Source: Bacilli bacterium
Lineage (GTDB): Bacteria > Bacillota_I > Bacilli_A > RF39 > UBA660
Direction of reading: 5' to 3'
Length of the DNA stretch: 64,000 nt
NCBI GenBank assembly: GCA_017938725.1
Contig: JAGBAW010000027.1
Coordinates: 696 to 64,695, forward strand
Numbering within the stretch: position 1 is the first letter of the stretch; every line of letters begins with the position of its first letter. The notes under the pieces are model-generated. The model was not told the origin of the DNA. It made no database searches and was given only the letters and a program-made list of their open reading frames with translations. The translations under genes and the position numbers were made by a program. Positions 48,759 to 58,751 of the stretch are shown here, piece after piece.

Positions 48759-50825
48759 ATGAAAAAGAAAAATAAAAAAAAGATAAATATAATGAAATTA
48801 TTAGTTATAACTATTCCCATTTTTATAATAGTTGTAACTCTTATAATTGGTATTTATATAAAAAATAGAAATGACCAAAATGGTGTATTTTCAGTACTCG
48901 AAAAAAGATGGATTGAAAAAAATAAATCAACAGTAATTGATGTTTCAGTATTAAATGATTTACCTCTATTTGGTGAAGAAGGCGATGGAGTATTCTTTGA
49001 TTTCTTAAATGATTTTTCAAAAGAAACGTCACTAAAATTTAATATGATTCCATATACAATGTCAAAATCACCTAAGGAAAGTGGTTATTCATTCCAAATT
49101 AATAATAAATCTAAACTTGAAGATAATGAATTACTTTTTTATACTGATAGCTATGTATTAGTTAGTAAAGAAAATGAAAAGGTAAAGAGATTTTCAGATT
49201 TAGATGACGTTATAATAGGAGCATTAGAGACAGATTTAAATGTCGTAAAAGAATATCTTAAAGACAACAATGGGCTTATCTATAATACATATAATAATAT
49301 AGATTCAATAGTTTCAGCGTTAAATTCAAATGATATTAAATATGCAGTAATTCCCAAAAATATTTATATTGATAAAATATTAAGTAATAATTATTATATT
49401 GTCTATAATATGTCTGATATATATACAAATTACATTTTCAATGTAAATGGTAGTGATAAGATATTAAATAATATATTAACCAAGTATTATACAAGATGGA
49501 CAAAGAAAAAATATGATAAGTCTTATAATACAAGGCTGTTTAACCTTTATTTAGATAAAAAAGAGTTTGATGAAATCGTAAAAGCTGACTTTTCTAGTAA
49601 GGATTATGTATATGGATATGTTAGAAATATACCATATGAAACAGAGATAAATGAAGACTTTATAGGATATAATAGTGAAATGCTAGATGAATTTGCAAGT
49701 ATGATGGGTGTAACATTTAAGGTAAAAGAATATAGTTCAGTAAACGATTTAGCTAAGGCCCTAAATGAGGGAAAGGTGGATATAGCCTTTAATTATTATG
49801 AGTTTAAAGGCCTAACTAATAGTTTTGATTATACTTTTTCACCTTATAATGAAAAAATAGTGGTATTAACAAGTATACAAAATACAAAAACAACTATGAA
49901 CTCATTTGCTTCTTTAAAAGGAAAAAAGATTTATGCCCTTGAAAATAAAATAGCTAATTATATTTCAGATAATACAAGTATAGATGTAAAGACATTTAAA
50001 AAAGCTACTACTTTATTTAATACAATGAATGAGGATTCAATATTAGTATTAGATTATAATACTTATAATTATTATAAAAATAATGAACTAAGTGACTTTA
50101 AGATTATTTATGAACAGGATATAGATACAGATTTTAATTTTTTAATCCTAAAGACAAGTAAAAATAAGGCATTTATAAGCTTATTTAAATATTATGTTTC
50201 TACAATTAATACAGATTTATATAAATCAAGGGCATTACTTAAATTCAGTAATGATAGTAAAAAAATAGATTTATCATATGTTTATTTAGTTATAGGAGTT
50301 TTAGTACTTACTGTATTTAGTATTGTTTATTTTAAAAATAGAACAATCTCAAGTAAAATAAAAAAAGAAGATAAAATGAGATATGTAGATCATTTAACCT
50401 CACTTAAAAATCGCCATTATTTAAATCAAAATTATTTAAAATGGCAATCTAATAAGATATATCCACAGGCAATCATAGTTATAAATATTAATAAAATAGG
50501 CCATATTAATGATGTTTATGGACATGAAGAGGGAGATATGGTTATTAAAAAAGCTGCAAATATACTTATAAGCAATCAATTAGAGCAAAGTGATATAGTT
50601 AGAACAAATGGGGACGAGTTTTTAATCTATATGGTTGGTTATGAAGAATCTAAAGTAATTACCTATATGAGAAGATTATATAAGGAATTTAAAAATTTAC
50701 CATATAAATTTGGGGCATCACTAGGATATAGTATGATACTAGATGATGTTAAAACAATAGATGATGCGATAAATGAGGCAGTTTTGGAAATAAAAACTAA
50801 TAAAGAATCTTTTGAGAAAAAATAA
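48759..50825 (+). CDS. Membrane protein with tandem periplasmic solute-binding-like domains, TM helix and C-terminal GGDEF domain carrying a degenerate NGDEF motif
   Basis: N-terminal anchor, ~480 aa extracytoplasmic region, TM (YVYLVIGVLVLTVFSIVYF), then GGDEF domain YVDHLTSLKNRHYLN...GHEEGDMV...RTNGDEFLIY. Confidence 0.8.
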   Translation: MKKKNKKKINIMKLLVITIPIFIIVVTLIIGIYIKNRNDQNGVFSVLEKRWIEKNKSTVIDVSVLNDLPLFGEEGDGVFFDFLNDFSKETSLKFNMIPYTMSKSPKESGYSFQINNKSKLEDNELLFYTDSYVLVSKENEKVKRFSDLDDVIIGALETDLNVVKEYLKDNNGLIYNTYNNIDSIVSALNSNDIKYAVIPKNIYIDKILSNNYYIVYNMSDIYTNYIFNVNGSDKILNNILTKYYTRWTKKKYDKSYNTRLFNLYLDKKEFDEIVKADFSSKDYVYGYVRNIPYETEINEDFIGYNSEMLDEFASMMGVTFKVKEYSSVNDLAKALNEGKVDIAFNYYEFKGLTNSFDYTFSPYNEKIVVLTSIQNTKTTMNSFASLKGKKIYALENKIANYISDNTSIDVKTFKKATTLFNTMNEDSILVLDYNTYNYYKNNELSDFKIIYEQDIDTDFNFLILKTSKNKAFISLFKYYVSTINTDLYKSRALLKFSNDSKKIDLSYVYLVIGVLVLTVFSIVYFKNRTISSKIKKEDKMRYVDHLTSLKNRHYLNQNYLKWQSNKIYPQAIIVININKIGHINDVYGHEEGDMVIKKAANILISNQLEQSDIVRTNGDEFLIYMVGYEESKVITYMRRLYKEFKNLPYKFGASLGYSMILDDVKTIDDAINEAVLEIKTNKESFEKK

Positions 50826-50840
50826 CCATAAGGTGATACA

Positions 50841-51665
50841 ATGAAAAAGAATAATAATCGGGTAAAAAAATATATTAAAGATGTTGTTGAAATGACTAGG
50901 AAGCCAGTTATGTCCGTATTGCCAGGACAATTGTCTTTCTTTTTGTTATTGTCATTAATACCAATTATTCTTATAATCGGAGTAATATCGTCTATTTTTT
51001 CAGTTTCCACTTCAGGTATTATAAATTTTATAACTAGTAATTTTCCTGCAGATACTAGTAGGTTATTAATTCCATTATTAAGTGGGAGAGGTTTAGATTA
51101 TAATATTATGTTTTTAATGATATCGGCATTATTACTAGTATCAAAGGGAACAAGATCAATAATGAGAGTTGCCTCTATTATTTATGATGCTGAGGACAAA
51201 AACACAATAAGAGAAATAATAAAATCTTTTATTTTAGCAATATTATTAACGCTTTTAATAGCATTTATAATTATAATACCAGTTTTAAGTGGTAAAGTGC
51301 TTAATTTCTTACATAATTTTAAAGTAATATCTAGTTTAACAGATAATATAATATTTATTTTTAACTTGTTAAAGTGGCCTATATCTATATTTATAATATT
51401 TATAAACTTAAAGATAATATATACAATTTCACCTAATAGGAAAATAAAATCAAAGTCTGTAAATAAGGGGGCAATGTTTACAACAATACTTTGGTCAGTA
51501 TCAACGTCAATTTATTCTCTTTATATAACTCATTTGTCTTCGTATAGTATTCTTTATGGTAGTGCATCCAATATTATTGTATTAATGCTTTGGATATATT
51601 TGATAAGTTATATATTTGTCTTGGGTATGAGTATAAATGCAAATAATTTAAAAACAAAAGATTAA
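50841..51665 (+). CDS. YihY/BrkB-family membrane protein
   Basis: Six TM topology with a motif pattern typical of the YihY/virulence factor BrkB family. Confidence 0.7.
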   Translation: MKKNNNRVKKYIKDVVEMTRKPVMSVLPGQLSFFLLLSLIPIILIIGVISSIFSVSTSGIINFITSNFPADTSRLLIPLLSGRGLDYNIMFLMISALLLVSKGTRSIMRVASIIYDAEDKNTIREIIKSFILAILLTLLIAFIIIIPVLSGKVLNFLHNFKVISSLTDNIIFIFNLLKWPISIFIIFINLKIIYTISPNRKIKSKSVNKGAMFTTILWSVSTSIYSLYITHLSSYSILYGSASNIIVLMLWIYLISYIFVLGMSINANNLKTKD

Positions 51666-51751
51666 TTTACACAGAACAGAAAAATATATAAAAGAATATA
51701 TAAAAAATGAATAAAAGGTGTTATAATTTAAATGTTATGGAGGTAAATTAA

Positions 51752-53782
51752 GTGAAGGAAAAATTAAAAAAGTATATAGAAAATATAAAAAATTTTAATT
51801 ATAAAAAATATATTAATACAAACATATTATTTTTAACATTTGTTGTTACATCATTAATTAACGGAATGATACTTAGATTTATAACAGTGCATAATTATTT
51901 CGCAATTAAGCCTGTTCTTGCAGATTTAGCATTTATATTACTAATAGGATCATTTGTATATTTATTTAAACCAAAAAATAGATTTAAATATCTTATGATA
52001 ATGTCGGTTTTATTAACTGCTATTTGTGTAATTAATTCATTATATTATACATATTATATGTCGTTTGCGTCATTTTCATTAATCGCAGTCTCACTAACAG
52101 TAGTGGATGTTGGCGATGCAGTTGTAAAAAATGTACTTCAAATAAGGGACTTTATTTTTATATGGCAATTAATTGCGCTTATTATTGTACATAATAAATT
52201 AAAGAAGAAAAATCATTATAATATGGTTGCTAAAAAAGAAAATAAAAAGAAACGTTTTACTGGAACATTGGTATCTGGAGTATTAATTTATGCTTTGTTT
52301 TTTATGACTGTTACATCCGTTGAATATAGTAGATTAAGTAAGCAATGGAATAGAGAATTTTTAGTTACTAAATTCGGTGTATATACATACCAATTAAATG
52401 ATTTATTTAAAAGCTTAGATGCTAAATTTAATACATTATTTGGATATGATAATGCTGCCAAGAATTTTAGAGAATTTTATGCTGAAAAAAAGGAAAATAA
52501 AGATAACGAATATACGAATATGTTCAAAGATAAAAATGTAATAGTTATTCATGCTGAGAGTATTCAAAATGTTGCTCTAGATGCAACATTTAATGGTATG
52601 GAAGTAACACCTAATTTAAATAGATTAAAAAATGAAGGTTTATACTTTAGTAATTATTATGCACAAGCAAGTAGTGGGACGAGTAGTGATACAGAATTTA
52701 CTTTTTCTACCTCACTTCTTCCTGTAACAAATGGTGCCGTTTCTATTAGTTATTGGAATAGAGAATATGAAACACTCCAAAAGTTACTTAAGAATGAAGG
52801 TTACAGAACAATTAGTATGCATGCTAATACTGGTAGTTTCTGGAATAGAATTAATTTTCATAAGAGTCTAGGCTATGATAAATTTTATAGTAAGGTTGAT
52901 TACGAGATAGATGAGGAAATAGGCCTTGGTTTATCAGATAAATCATTTTTTAGGCAATCAGTGAAAAAATTAAAAACAGAATATGACAAAAATGGTAAAT
53001 TTTATGCAACATTAATAATGCTTTCAAATCATACTCCATTCGATGATTTAGATAAGTATGGTCAATTTGATACCGATATTAAAGAAGAGATTAAAAAAGT
53101 TAATGAAAATGGAGAAGAAATAGCAGAAGTCGTATCCTATTCTTATATGGAAGAAACAAAATTAGGTAATTATTTTAAATCAGTTCATTACGCTGACAGC
53201 GCTATTGGAGAACTTATTGATGAGTTAGATAGTCTAGGTCTTTTAGACAATACCATTCTTGTTATATATGGTGATCATGATGCCAAACTGCCAAAAAGTG
53301 ATTTCATAAGATATTATAATTATAATAAGGAAACAGATGATATAATTGACAAAAATGATGAAAATTATATACAAGTTGACTATTATAAGTATGAGCTTGA
53401 TAGATCTGTTCCATTTATTATTTGGTCTAAAAATGATAATTTATCAAAGAAAATAGATACTGTTATGGGAATGTATGATGCAATGCCAACACTTGCGAAT
53501 ATGCTTGGTGTTAAACCAACATATGCACTTGGTAATGATATAATGAATTTAAAAGATAATATAGTAGTATTCCCTAATGGGAACTGGCTTACTAATAATA
53601 TCTATTATAATAGCCAAAAGGATCAATACAAGGTATTAAATACAGATTATATAGTTGATAATGATGAAATATCTAATAATAATGAGTATGTATCAAGAAG
53701 ACTTGAAATTTCAAATGATATAATACTATATGATTTAATAAAAAATGAAAATGATAGATTAGAAAGAGTAGAAGGGAAATAA
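51752..53782 (+). CDS. ltaS: Lipoteichoic acid synthase-family sulfatase (LtaS-like)
   Basis: Five N-terminal TM helices followed by an extracellular alkaline-phosphatase/sulfatase-type domain (motifs VIHAESIQN...SSGTSSDTEF...GDHD). Confidence 0.85.
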   Translation: MKEKLKKYIENIKNFNYKKYINTNILFLTFVVTSLINGMILRFITVHNYFAIKPVLADLAFILLIGSFVYLFKPKNRFKYLMIMSVLLTAICVINSLYYTYYMSFASFSLIAVSLTVVDVGDAVVKNVLQIRDFIFIWQLIALIIVHNKLKKKNHYNMVAKKENKKKRFTGTLVSGVLIYALFFMTVTSVEYSRLSKQWNREFLVTKFGVYTYQLNDLFKSLDAKFNTLFGYDNAAKNFREFYAEKKENKDNEYTNMFKDKNVIVIHAESIQNVALDATFNGMEVTPNLNRLKNEGLYFSNYYAQASSGTSSDTEFTFSTSLLPVTNGAVSISYWNREYETLQKLLKNEGYRTISMHANTGSFWNRINFHKSLGYDKFYSKVDYEIDEEIGLGLSDKSFFRQSVKKLKTEYDKNGKFYATLIMLSNHTPFDDLDKYGQFDTDIKEEIKKVNENGEEIAEVVSYSYMEETKLGNYFKSVHYADSAIGELIDELDSLGLLDNTILVIYGDHDAKLPKSDFIRYYNYNKETDDIIDKNDENYIQVDYYKYELDRSVPFIIWSKNDNLSKKIDTVMGMYDAMPTLANMLGVKPTYALGNDIMNLKDNIVVFPNGNWLTNNIYYNSQKDQYKVLNTDYIVDNDEISNNNEYVSRRLEISNDIILYDLIKNENDRLERVEGK

Positions 53783-53787
53783 TACAT

Positions 53788-54456
53788 ATGGAAAATAAAA
53801 AACGCAGTAAAGCAACAAAATCCGGTAATAAAAGGAAAGTATTAATACTAATATTCATACTTTTAATAGCGATTTTGCTTATATTATTTGCTATGAAAAT
53901 TGGTAAAAATAATGATCAGAATGGAAGAAGGAAAAATGTAGTCGATGAGATAAAATCATTCGATTATAGTGTTTCAGATACAGATACTAAATTGTTTAAG
54001 GATACATTCAAGGAATTAAAAAAGGAATTATCCAAGAGTAATGTAGATAAAAAAAATTATGCATCTTTAATTAGTAAATTATTTATAATAGATTTTTATA
54101 CATTATCTAATAAATCTAATGTTAATGATGTAGGGGCTGTACAATTTGTATATTCTAGTTATAAAACTGATTTTGTAGATATTGCAAGAACAGGTATTTA
54201 TAAACAAGTTCAAAGTAATTTAGATAATAATAGAACTCAAAAATTGCCAGAAGTTGAAAGTGTTACTATAGAAAGTATAGAAGAAGTAATACCTTCTTCT
54301 ATACTAGAACATAAGGATTTTAGAAATGTTACAGAAGCAAATGCATACGAAATTAAAGTAAATTGGACTTATAAAGAGTCAAATGATTTTCAAGATTCGG
54401 CAACTATTTTAGTTGTTCCAGATAAGGATAAATTGTCAGTTGCAAAATTGGACTAA
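53788..54456 (+). CDS. Membrane-anchored hypothetical protein
   Basis: N-terminal TM helix; 6-nt gap after ltaS. Confidence 0.6.
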   Translation: MENKKRSKATKSGNKRKVLILIFILLIAILLILFAMKIGKNNDQNGRRKNVVDEIKSFDYSVSDTDTKLFKDTFKELKKELSKSNVDKKNYASLISKLFIIDFYTLSNKSNVNDVGAVQFVYSSYKTDFVDIARTGIYKQVQSNLDNNRTQKLPEVESVTIESIEEVIPSSILEHKDFRNVTEANAYEIKVNWTYKESNDFQDSATILVVPDKDKLSVAKLD

Positions 54457-54481
54457 GAATTATAAGGTAATTGGAGGATAT

Positions 54482-56620
54482 ATGAAAAAAAATGATAAAC
54501 AGGAAACTAAGAAAAACAGCAAGTTTTTGAATCTACTTTCAGGTATAATAGTTGGTATGTTCATTTGCATAACTATTTATCTTATTTATAATATATTTAA
54601 ATTAAAAGGGATTGAAGATATATTAAGATATATTGTAGTGGGCATACTTATACTAGTTTGTTTAATAGTATTAATTAAATATCTTAGATTTAAAAAGAAA
54701 GGTAAAATAGGAAAATATATATTATTCATATTAATTTTAATAATATTTGGTGCTTTAGAATTTTTTGCTAGCTCAGTTATAAGCAGGGGTATTAGTGTAA
54801 TAGATAAAATAAGTAAGAATAAAATTACATACACAAGTGCTTTAATATCTATGAAAGATGGGAAGTATACTAATATAAACAAAGTAAAAGAAGCAAAGAT
54901 TGGTATAATAACCGATAAAGAAGATGTAGAAGGTTATGTTCTTGCTCAAAATATAATTGATAAGGATAATATTAAAGATAGTCAATTAGTAGAATATGAT
55001 GATTATATTACAATGTTAAATGATTTATATGAAGATGAAGTAAATGCAATATTTATATCAGGTAGTTATGCAGACAAATTTTCAACTATGGAAAAATTTA
55101 GTGATATAAAAGATGATGTTGTTGTTTTAGATAAATATTCCAAGTTAATGAAAAAAATAGTAGATAATACAACAAAATCTTCTTCAAAAAAGGTGACAGA
55201 ACCATTTACTATGTTACTTTTAGGGGTTGATTCTGAAACAGAGGATATTTCTAAAACAAGTGGATTAGGGGATACAATAATGCTTGTAACATTTAATCCT
55301 AAAACCTTAAATGCAACAATATTTAGTATTCCAAGAGATACTTTTGTTCCAGTATCATGTTATAGAAATGCATTAAGTAAAATAACTCATGCAGCATCAG
55401 GTGGAGATTCTTGTATGATTAAAACTGTTGAAAATTTTACGGGAATTGATATTGATTATTATGCAAAGGTTAATTTTAAAGGATTAATAAATTTGGTGGA
55501 TGCCCTTGGTGGAATTGATGTTGATGTTCCATATGCACTTTGTGAAAGTGATGAAACTAGATCCTATGCTAATACAATTTTTATAGAAAAGGGATGGCAA
55601 CATTTAAATGGTAGACAGGCACTTGCACTTTCAAGAAATAGAAAAAATATTCCTTGGTGTGGACCTGACTATAATAAAGGAGTAAGAAATGACTTCGTTC
55701 GTGGACAAAATCAACAATTGGTTGTTAAGGCAATTATGAACAAGGCAAAAACGATAAAAAGTGTCAATCAACTTTATGATATATTAGATACTATAAGTAT
55801 AAGTTTAGATACTAATTTAACTAGAGATCAAATATTAGATTTTTATAATGTATTAAAGAAGATATTATTAAACTCTGATTCATTATCTGATACAAATGAT
55901 ATAATAAATATGCAAAAGACATATTTAAATGGTTCAGGTGGAATAATATATGATAATATAGCAAATATGGATTTATATGAGTATGTCCCATCATCACAAA
56001 GTTTAAATGCTATTATTAAGGCTATGAAAGTAAATCTTGAATTAGAAGAAGAGGAGTATGAAACATCATTTAGTTTTACTATTGATAAAGAATATAAACC
56101 AAAAGTTATAGGATCCGATTTATATGGAGGCGTTAAAAAATATCCAAGCAAAGGATCTGATACCCAGAAACCAGAAAATACTTGTTCTACTAATGAAGAA
56201 CTTGGAGCAGATAATGTAACATGTGTTTGTAAAAATGGTTATGAAAGAACTAAAGAAGGAACATGTGAGAAAAAGGAAACAAATACTTGTTCTACAAACG
56301 AAGAGTTAGGTGCGGATAAAGTAACATGCGTTTGTAAAAATGGATATACAAGAAATGAAAAAACAGGAAAATGTGAAAAAGAAAATAGTTCAGGTGAAAA
56401 AAATATAAATATGTGTGTAGCTGAAGACGGATATTATTATTGGTATGACTCTGAAGGAAATAAAAATCCAACTCAATATATAGATAGTACATGTTCAACT
56501 AAAAAGGAAGAAAAACCTATTAAACCTAGCGATGAACCAGATACTCCTGAATCTGGCGAAAATGGAACAAATAAACCTGATACAACAATTCCAGGTTCAA
56601 CTACAACACTTACAGAATAA
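54482..56620 (+). CDS. LytR-CpsA-Psr (LCP) family cell-wall polymer transferase with C-terminal EGF-like Cys-rich tandem repeats
   Basis: LCP core LLLGVDSE...GDTIMLVTFNPKTLNATIFSIPRDTFV. Two 35-aa repeats TCSTNEELGAD.VTCVCKNGY....G.CEK (105-nt units at 56180 and 56285). ATG 54482 after RBS ggagga. Confidence 0.85.
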   Translation: MKKNDKQETKKNSKFLNLLSGIIVGMFICITIYLIYNIFKLKGIEDILRYIVVGILILVCLIVLIKYLRFKKKGKIGKYILFILILIIFGALEFFASSVISRGISVIDKISKNKITYTSALISMKDGKYTNINKVKEAKIGIITDKEDVEGYVLAQNIIDKDNIKDSQLVEYDDYITMLNDLYEDEVNAIFISGSYADKFSTMEKFSDIKDDVVVLDKYSKLMKKIVDNTTKSSSKKVTEPFTMLLLGVDSETEDISKTSGLGDTIMLVTFNPKTLNATIFSIPRDTFVPVSCYRNALSKITHAASGGDSCMIKTVENFTGIDIDYYAKVNFKGLINLVDALGGIDVDVPYALCESDETRSYANTIFIEKGWQHLNGRQALALSRNRKNIPWCGPDYNKGVRNDFVRGQNQQLVVKAIMNKAKTIKSVNQLYDILDTISISLDTNLTRDQILDFYNVLKKILLNSDSLSDTNDIINMQKTYLNGSGGIIYDNIANMDLYEYVPSSQSLNAIIKAMKVNLELEEEEYETSFSFTIDKEYKPKVIGSDLYGGVKKYPSKGSDTQKPENTCSTNEELGADNVTCVCKNGYERTKEGTCEKKETNTCSTNEELGADKVTCVCKNGYTRNEKTGKCEKENSSGEKNINMCVAEDGYYYWYDSEGNKNPTQYIDSTCSTKKEEKPIKPSDEPDTPESGENGTNKPDTTIPGSTTTLTE

Positions 56621-56629
56621 TATAGTAAA

Positions 56630-56656
56630 AAGAAGCAAGAATATTTGCTTCTTTTT
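56630..56656 (+). terminator. Rho-independent terminator
   Basis: aagaagcaa-gaatat-ttgcttctt stem followed by ttt. Confidence 0.75.
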
Positions 56657-56753
56657 AACGTTAATTTGACATAATAAAACAATTTTCTTATCTTACTATT
56701 TATTAGTATTTACTATTTTGATATAATTAAATAAAAGTAAGAGGAGGGATAAA

Positions 56754-58751
56754 ATGAAATTTATGAAATATTTTACAACGTTTATACTTATTTTATTATT
56801 ATCCTTCCTTGGGTTAAAAAACGCATATGCATCAACTAAATTTACAATGTGCAATAATTTAACAGAACCATCTTTTTTAAGAACAACACCCGGTGGAACA
56901 CCTATTAAAGATGTAGATGGGAAAGATGTACTATTAAAAAACCCTTCTTCCATGGAAATAATTGATACAATAACACATCAAGGACAAAAATATTATAAAT
57001 TATATACAAATTACTATTCTAATAATTATACTGGATATGTAAAGGCAGCATGGATAAATAACTGTAAAGAATATACAACAGATGATAATTATGGAAATAG
57101 TCTTAGAAGTGCAGGATTTCCTGAAAGTTATATATTACCACTTCAAAAATTACATGCTATGCATCCAAATTGGAGTTTTACAGTATCTAATACAAATATA
57201 GATTGGAGTGAAGCTGTTTCAAACGAGTCAGCACCAGCAGATAAAAATTTAATTCAGTTTTCAAATTCACTAGATAAGGTAGATAAATCACTTCTTTCAA
57301 CAGATGGTGCGGCATATAGTAATGGCACATATTATCAGTTCCAACCAGGATGGTACTCACCAAGTAAGCAAACTATATCCTTTTATATGGATCCAAGAAA
57401 TTGGCTCGATGAACAAACCATTTTTATGTTTGAACAATTATCATTTAATGCTGAATATCATACTAAAAGCAGTGTTCAATCCATGCTTAATGGTACATTT
57501 ATGAGTGGTTCATATGAATACAATGGGAAAACTATCACTTATGCAGATACATTTGTTGATGTTGGAAAACAAAAGAATGTTAGTGCAATTCATTTAGCAA
57601 GCCGTGTACTTCAAGAACAAGGTGTAGCAGGAAGTGCTACAATTAATATGAATGGTGAAGATGGTCAAACGTATTATAATCATTTTAACATTTTGGCTAG
57701 TGGTTCAACAGTAGAACAAATAGTTTCTAATGCCTTAACAGTTGCAAAAAATAGAGGATGGAATAATCCATATTTATCAATACTTGGAGGAGCATCCACA
57801 ATATCTTCTGAATATACAAGTGTTGGACAAGATACTAATTATTATGAAAAATTTAATACAATTAATCACAAAAATTTATATTGGCATCAATATATGCAAA
57901 ATGTTAGAGCTTTGCCATCAGAATCAATTAGAACATATTCGACTTATAATAAAAAAGGACTTATAGAAAACTCATATACATTTAAGATACCTGTTTATAA
58001 AAATATGCCTGATAAAACGTCATTATCTATATCAAATAATTCAGATAATACATTAAGTTCATTATCAGTAACAAATTGTAATTTAAATCCATCATTTAAT
58101 TCAGCAGCAACTAGTTATACATGTAATGTTTCAAATAATATAAATGAAGTAAAGGTAAGCATGAAGAAAACAAGTTCATATTCATCTGTTGAGGGTGGTG
58201 AAATAAGAACTGTAAAATTAACTGATAAAACAACAAATATTAATATAGTTGTTACTGCTGCCAATGGGGAAAAGAGAACATATAAAATACAGGTAAATAA
58301 AGTTGAATCAGATAAAATAAGTCCTGCTGATATAATAAGTTATTTGGGTTATGATAATGTAAATAATATGATAAGTGGAATTACCGTTGGGACAAATATT
58401 TCTGATGTAATTTCAAAGGTAAAAAATAAATATAATTTAGTATCTATTGAAGCTAAAAATAAAAATGGTACAAATAAGCCATCAGGTAAAATCGCTAGTG
58501 GTGATACAATTACTATAAAAAACAATAATCAAATAGTGACATTTACTATGATTGTAAAAGGTGATACAAATAGTGATGGAAAGATAAGTATTTCAGATTT
58601 GGCAATGATAAAGGCTAATTTACTTGGAAATAGTAATTTAAATGGTGTTTATTATAAAGCAGCTGATATAAATAAGGATGGAAAAATAAGTATTTCAGAC
58701 TTAGCAATGGTTAAGGCACATTTATTAGGAACATCAAAAATTATAAAGTAG
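56754..58751 (+). CDS. Exported surface protein with SH3b-like N-terminal domain, central putative glycosidase-like region, cadherin-like beta-sandwich domain and C-terminal type-I dockerin
   Basis: Signal peptide. Dockerin duplicated segments DTNSDGKISISDLAMIKANLLG and DINKDGKISISDLAMVKAHLLG (D.N.DGKI...D....K..LL). Cadherin-like LSSLSVTNCNLNPSFNSAATSYTCNV. Confidence 0.75.
   Translation: MKFMKYFTTFILILLLSFLGLKNAYASTKFTMCNNLTEPSFLRTTPGGTPIKDVDGKDVLLKNPSSMEIIDTITHQGQKYYKLYTNYYSNNYTGYVKAAWINNCKEYTTDDNYGNSLRSAGFPESYILPLQKLHAMHPNWSFTVSNTNIDWSEAVSNESAPADKNLIQFSNSLDKVDKSLLSTDGAAYSNGTYYQFQPGWYSPSKQTISFYMDPRNWLDEQTIFMFEQLSFNAEYHTKSSVQSMLNGTFMSGSYEYNGKTITYADTFVDVGKQKNVSAIHLASRVLQEQGVAGSATINMNGEDGQTYYNHFNILASGSTVEQIVSNALTVAKNRGWNNPYLSILGGASTISSEYTSVGQDTNYYEKFNTINHKNLYWHQYMQNVRALPSESIRTYSTYNKKGLIENSYTFKIPVYKNMPDKTSLSISNNSDNTLSSLSVTNCNLNPSFNSAATSYTCNVSNNINEVKVSMKKTSSYSSVEGGEIRTVKLTDKTTNINIVVTAANGEKRTYKIQVNKVESDKISPADIISYLGYDNVNNMISGITVGTNISDVISKVKNKYNLVSIEAKNKNGTNKPSGKIASGDTITIKNNNQIVTFTMIVKGDTNSDGKISISDLAMIKANLLGNSNLNGVYYKAADINKDGKISISDLAMVKAHLLGTSKIIK

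Noticed and set aside
54413-54481. N-terminal extension (MFQIRINCQ...) of the LCP gene in the ORF track
   Set aside because: A strong RBS (ggagga) precedes the internal ATG 54482, and the extension overlaps the upstream gene end.
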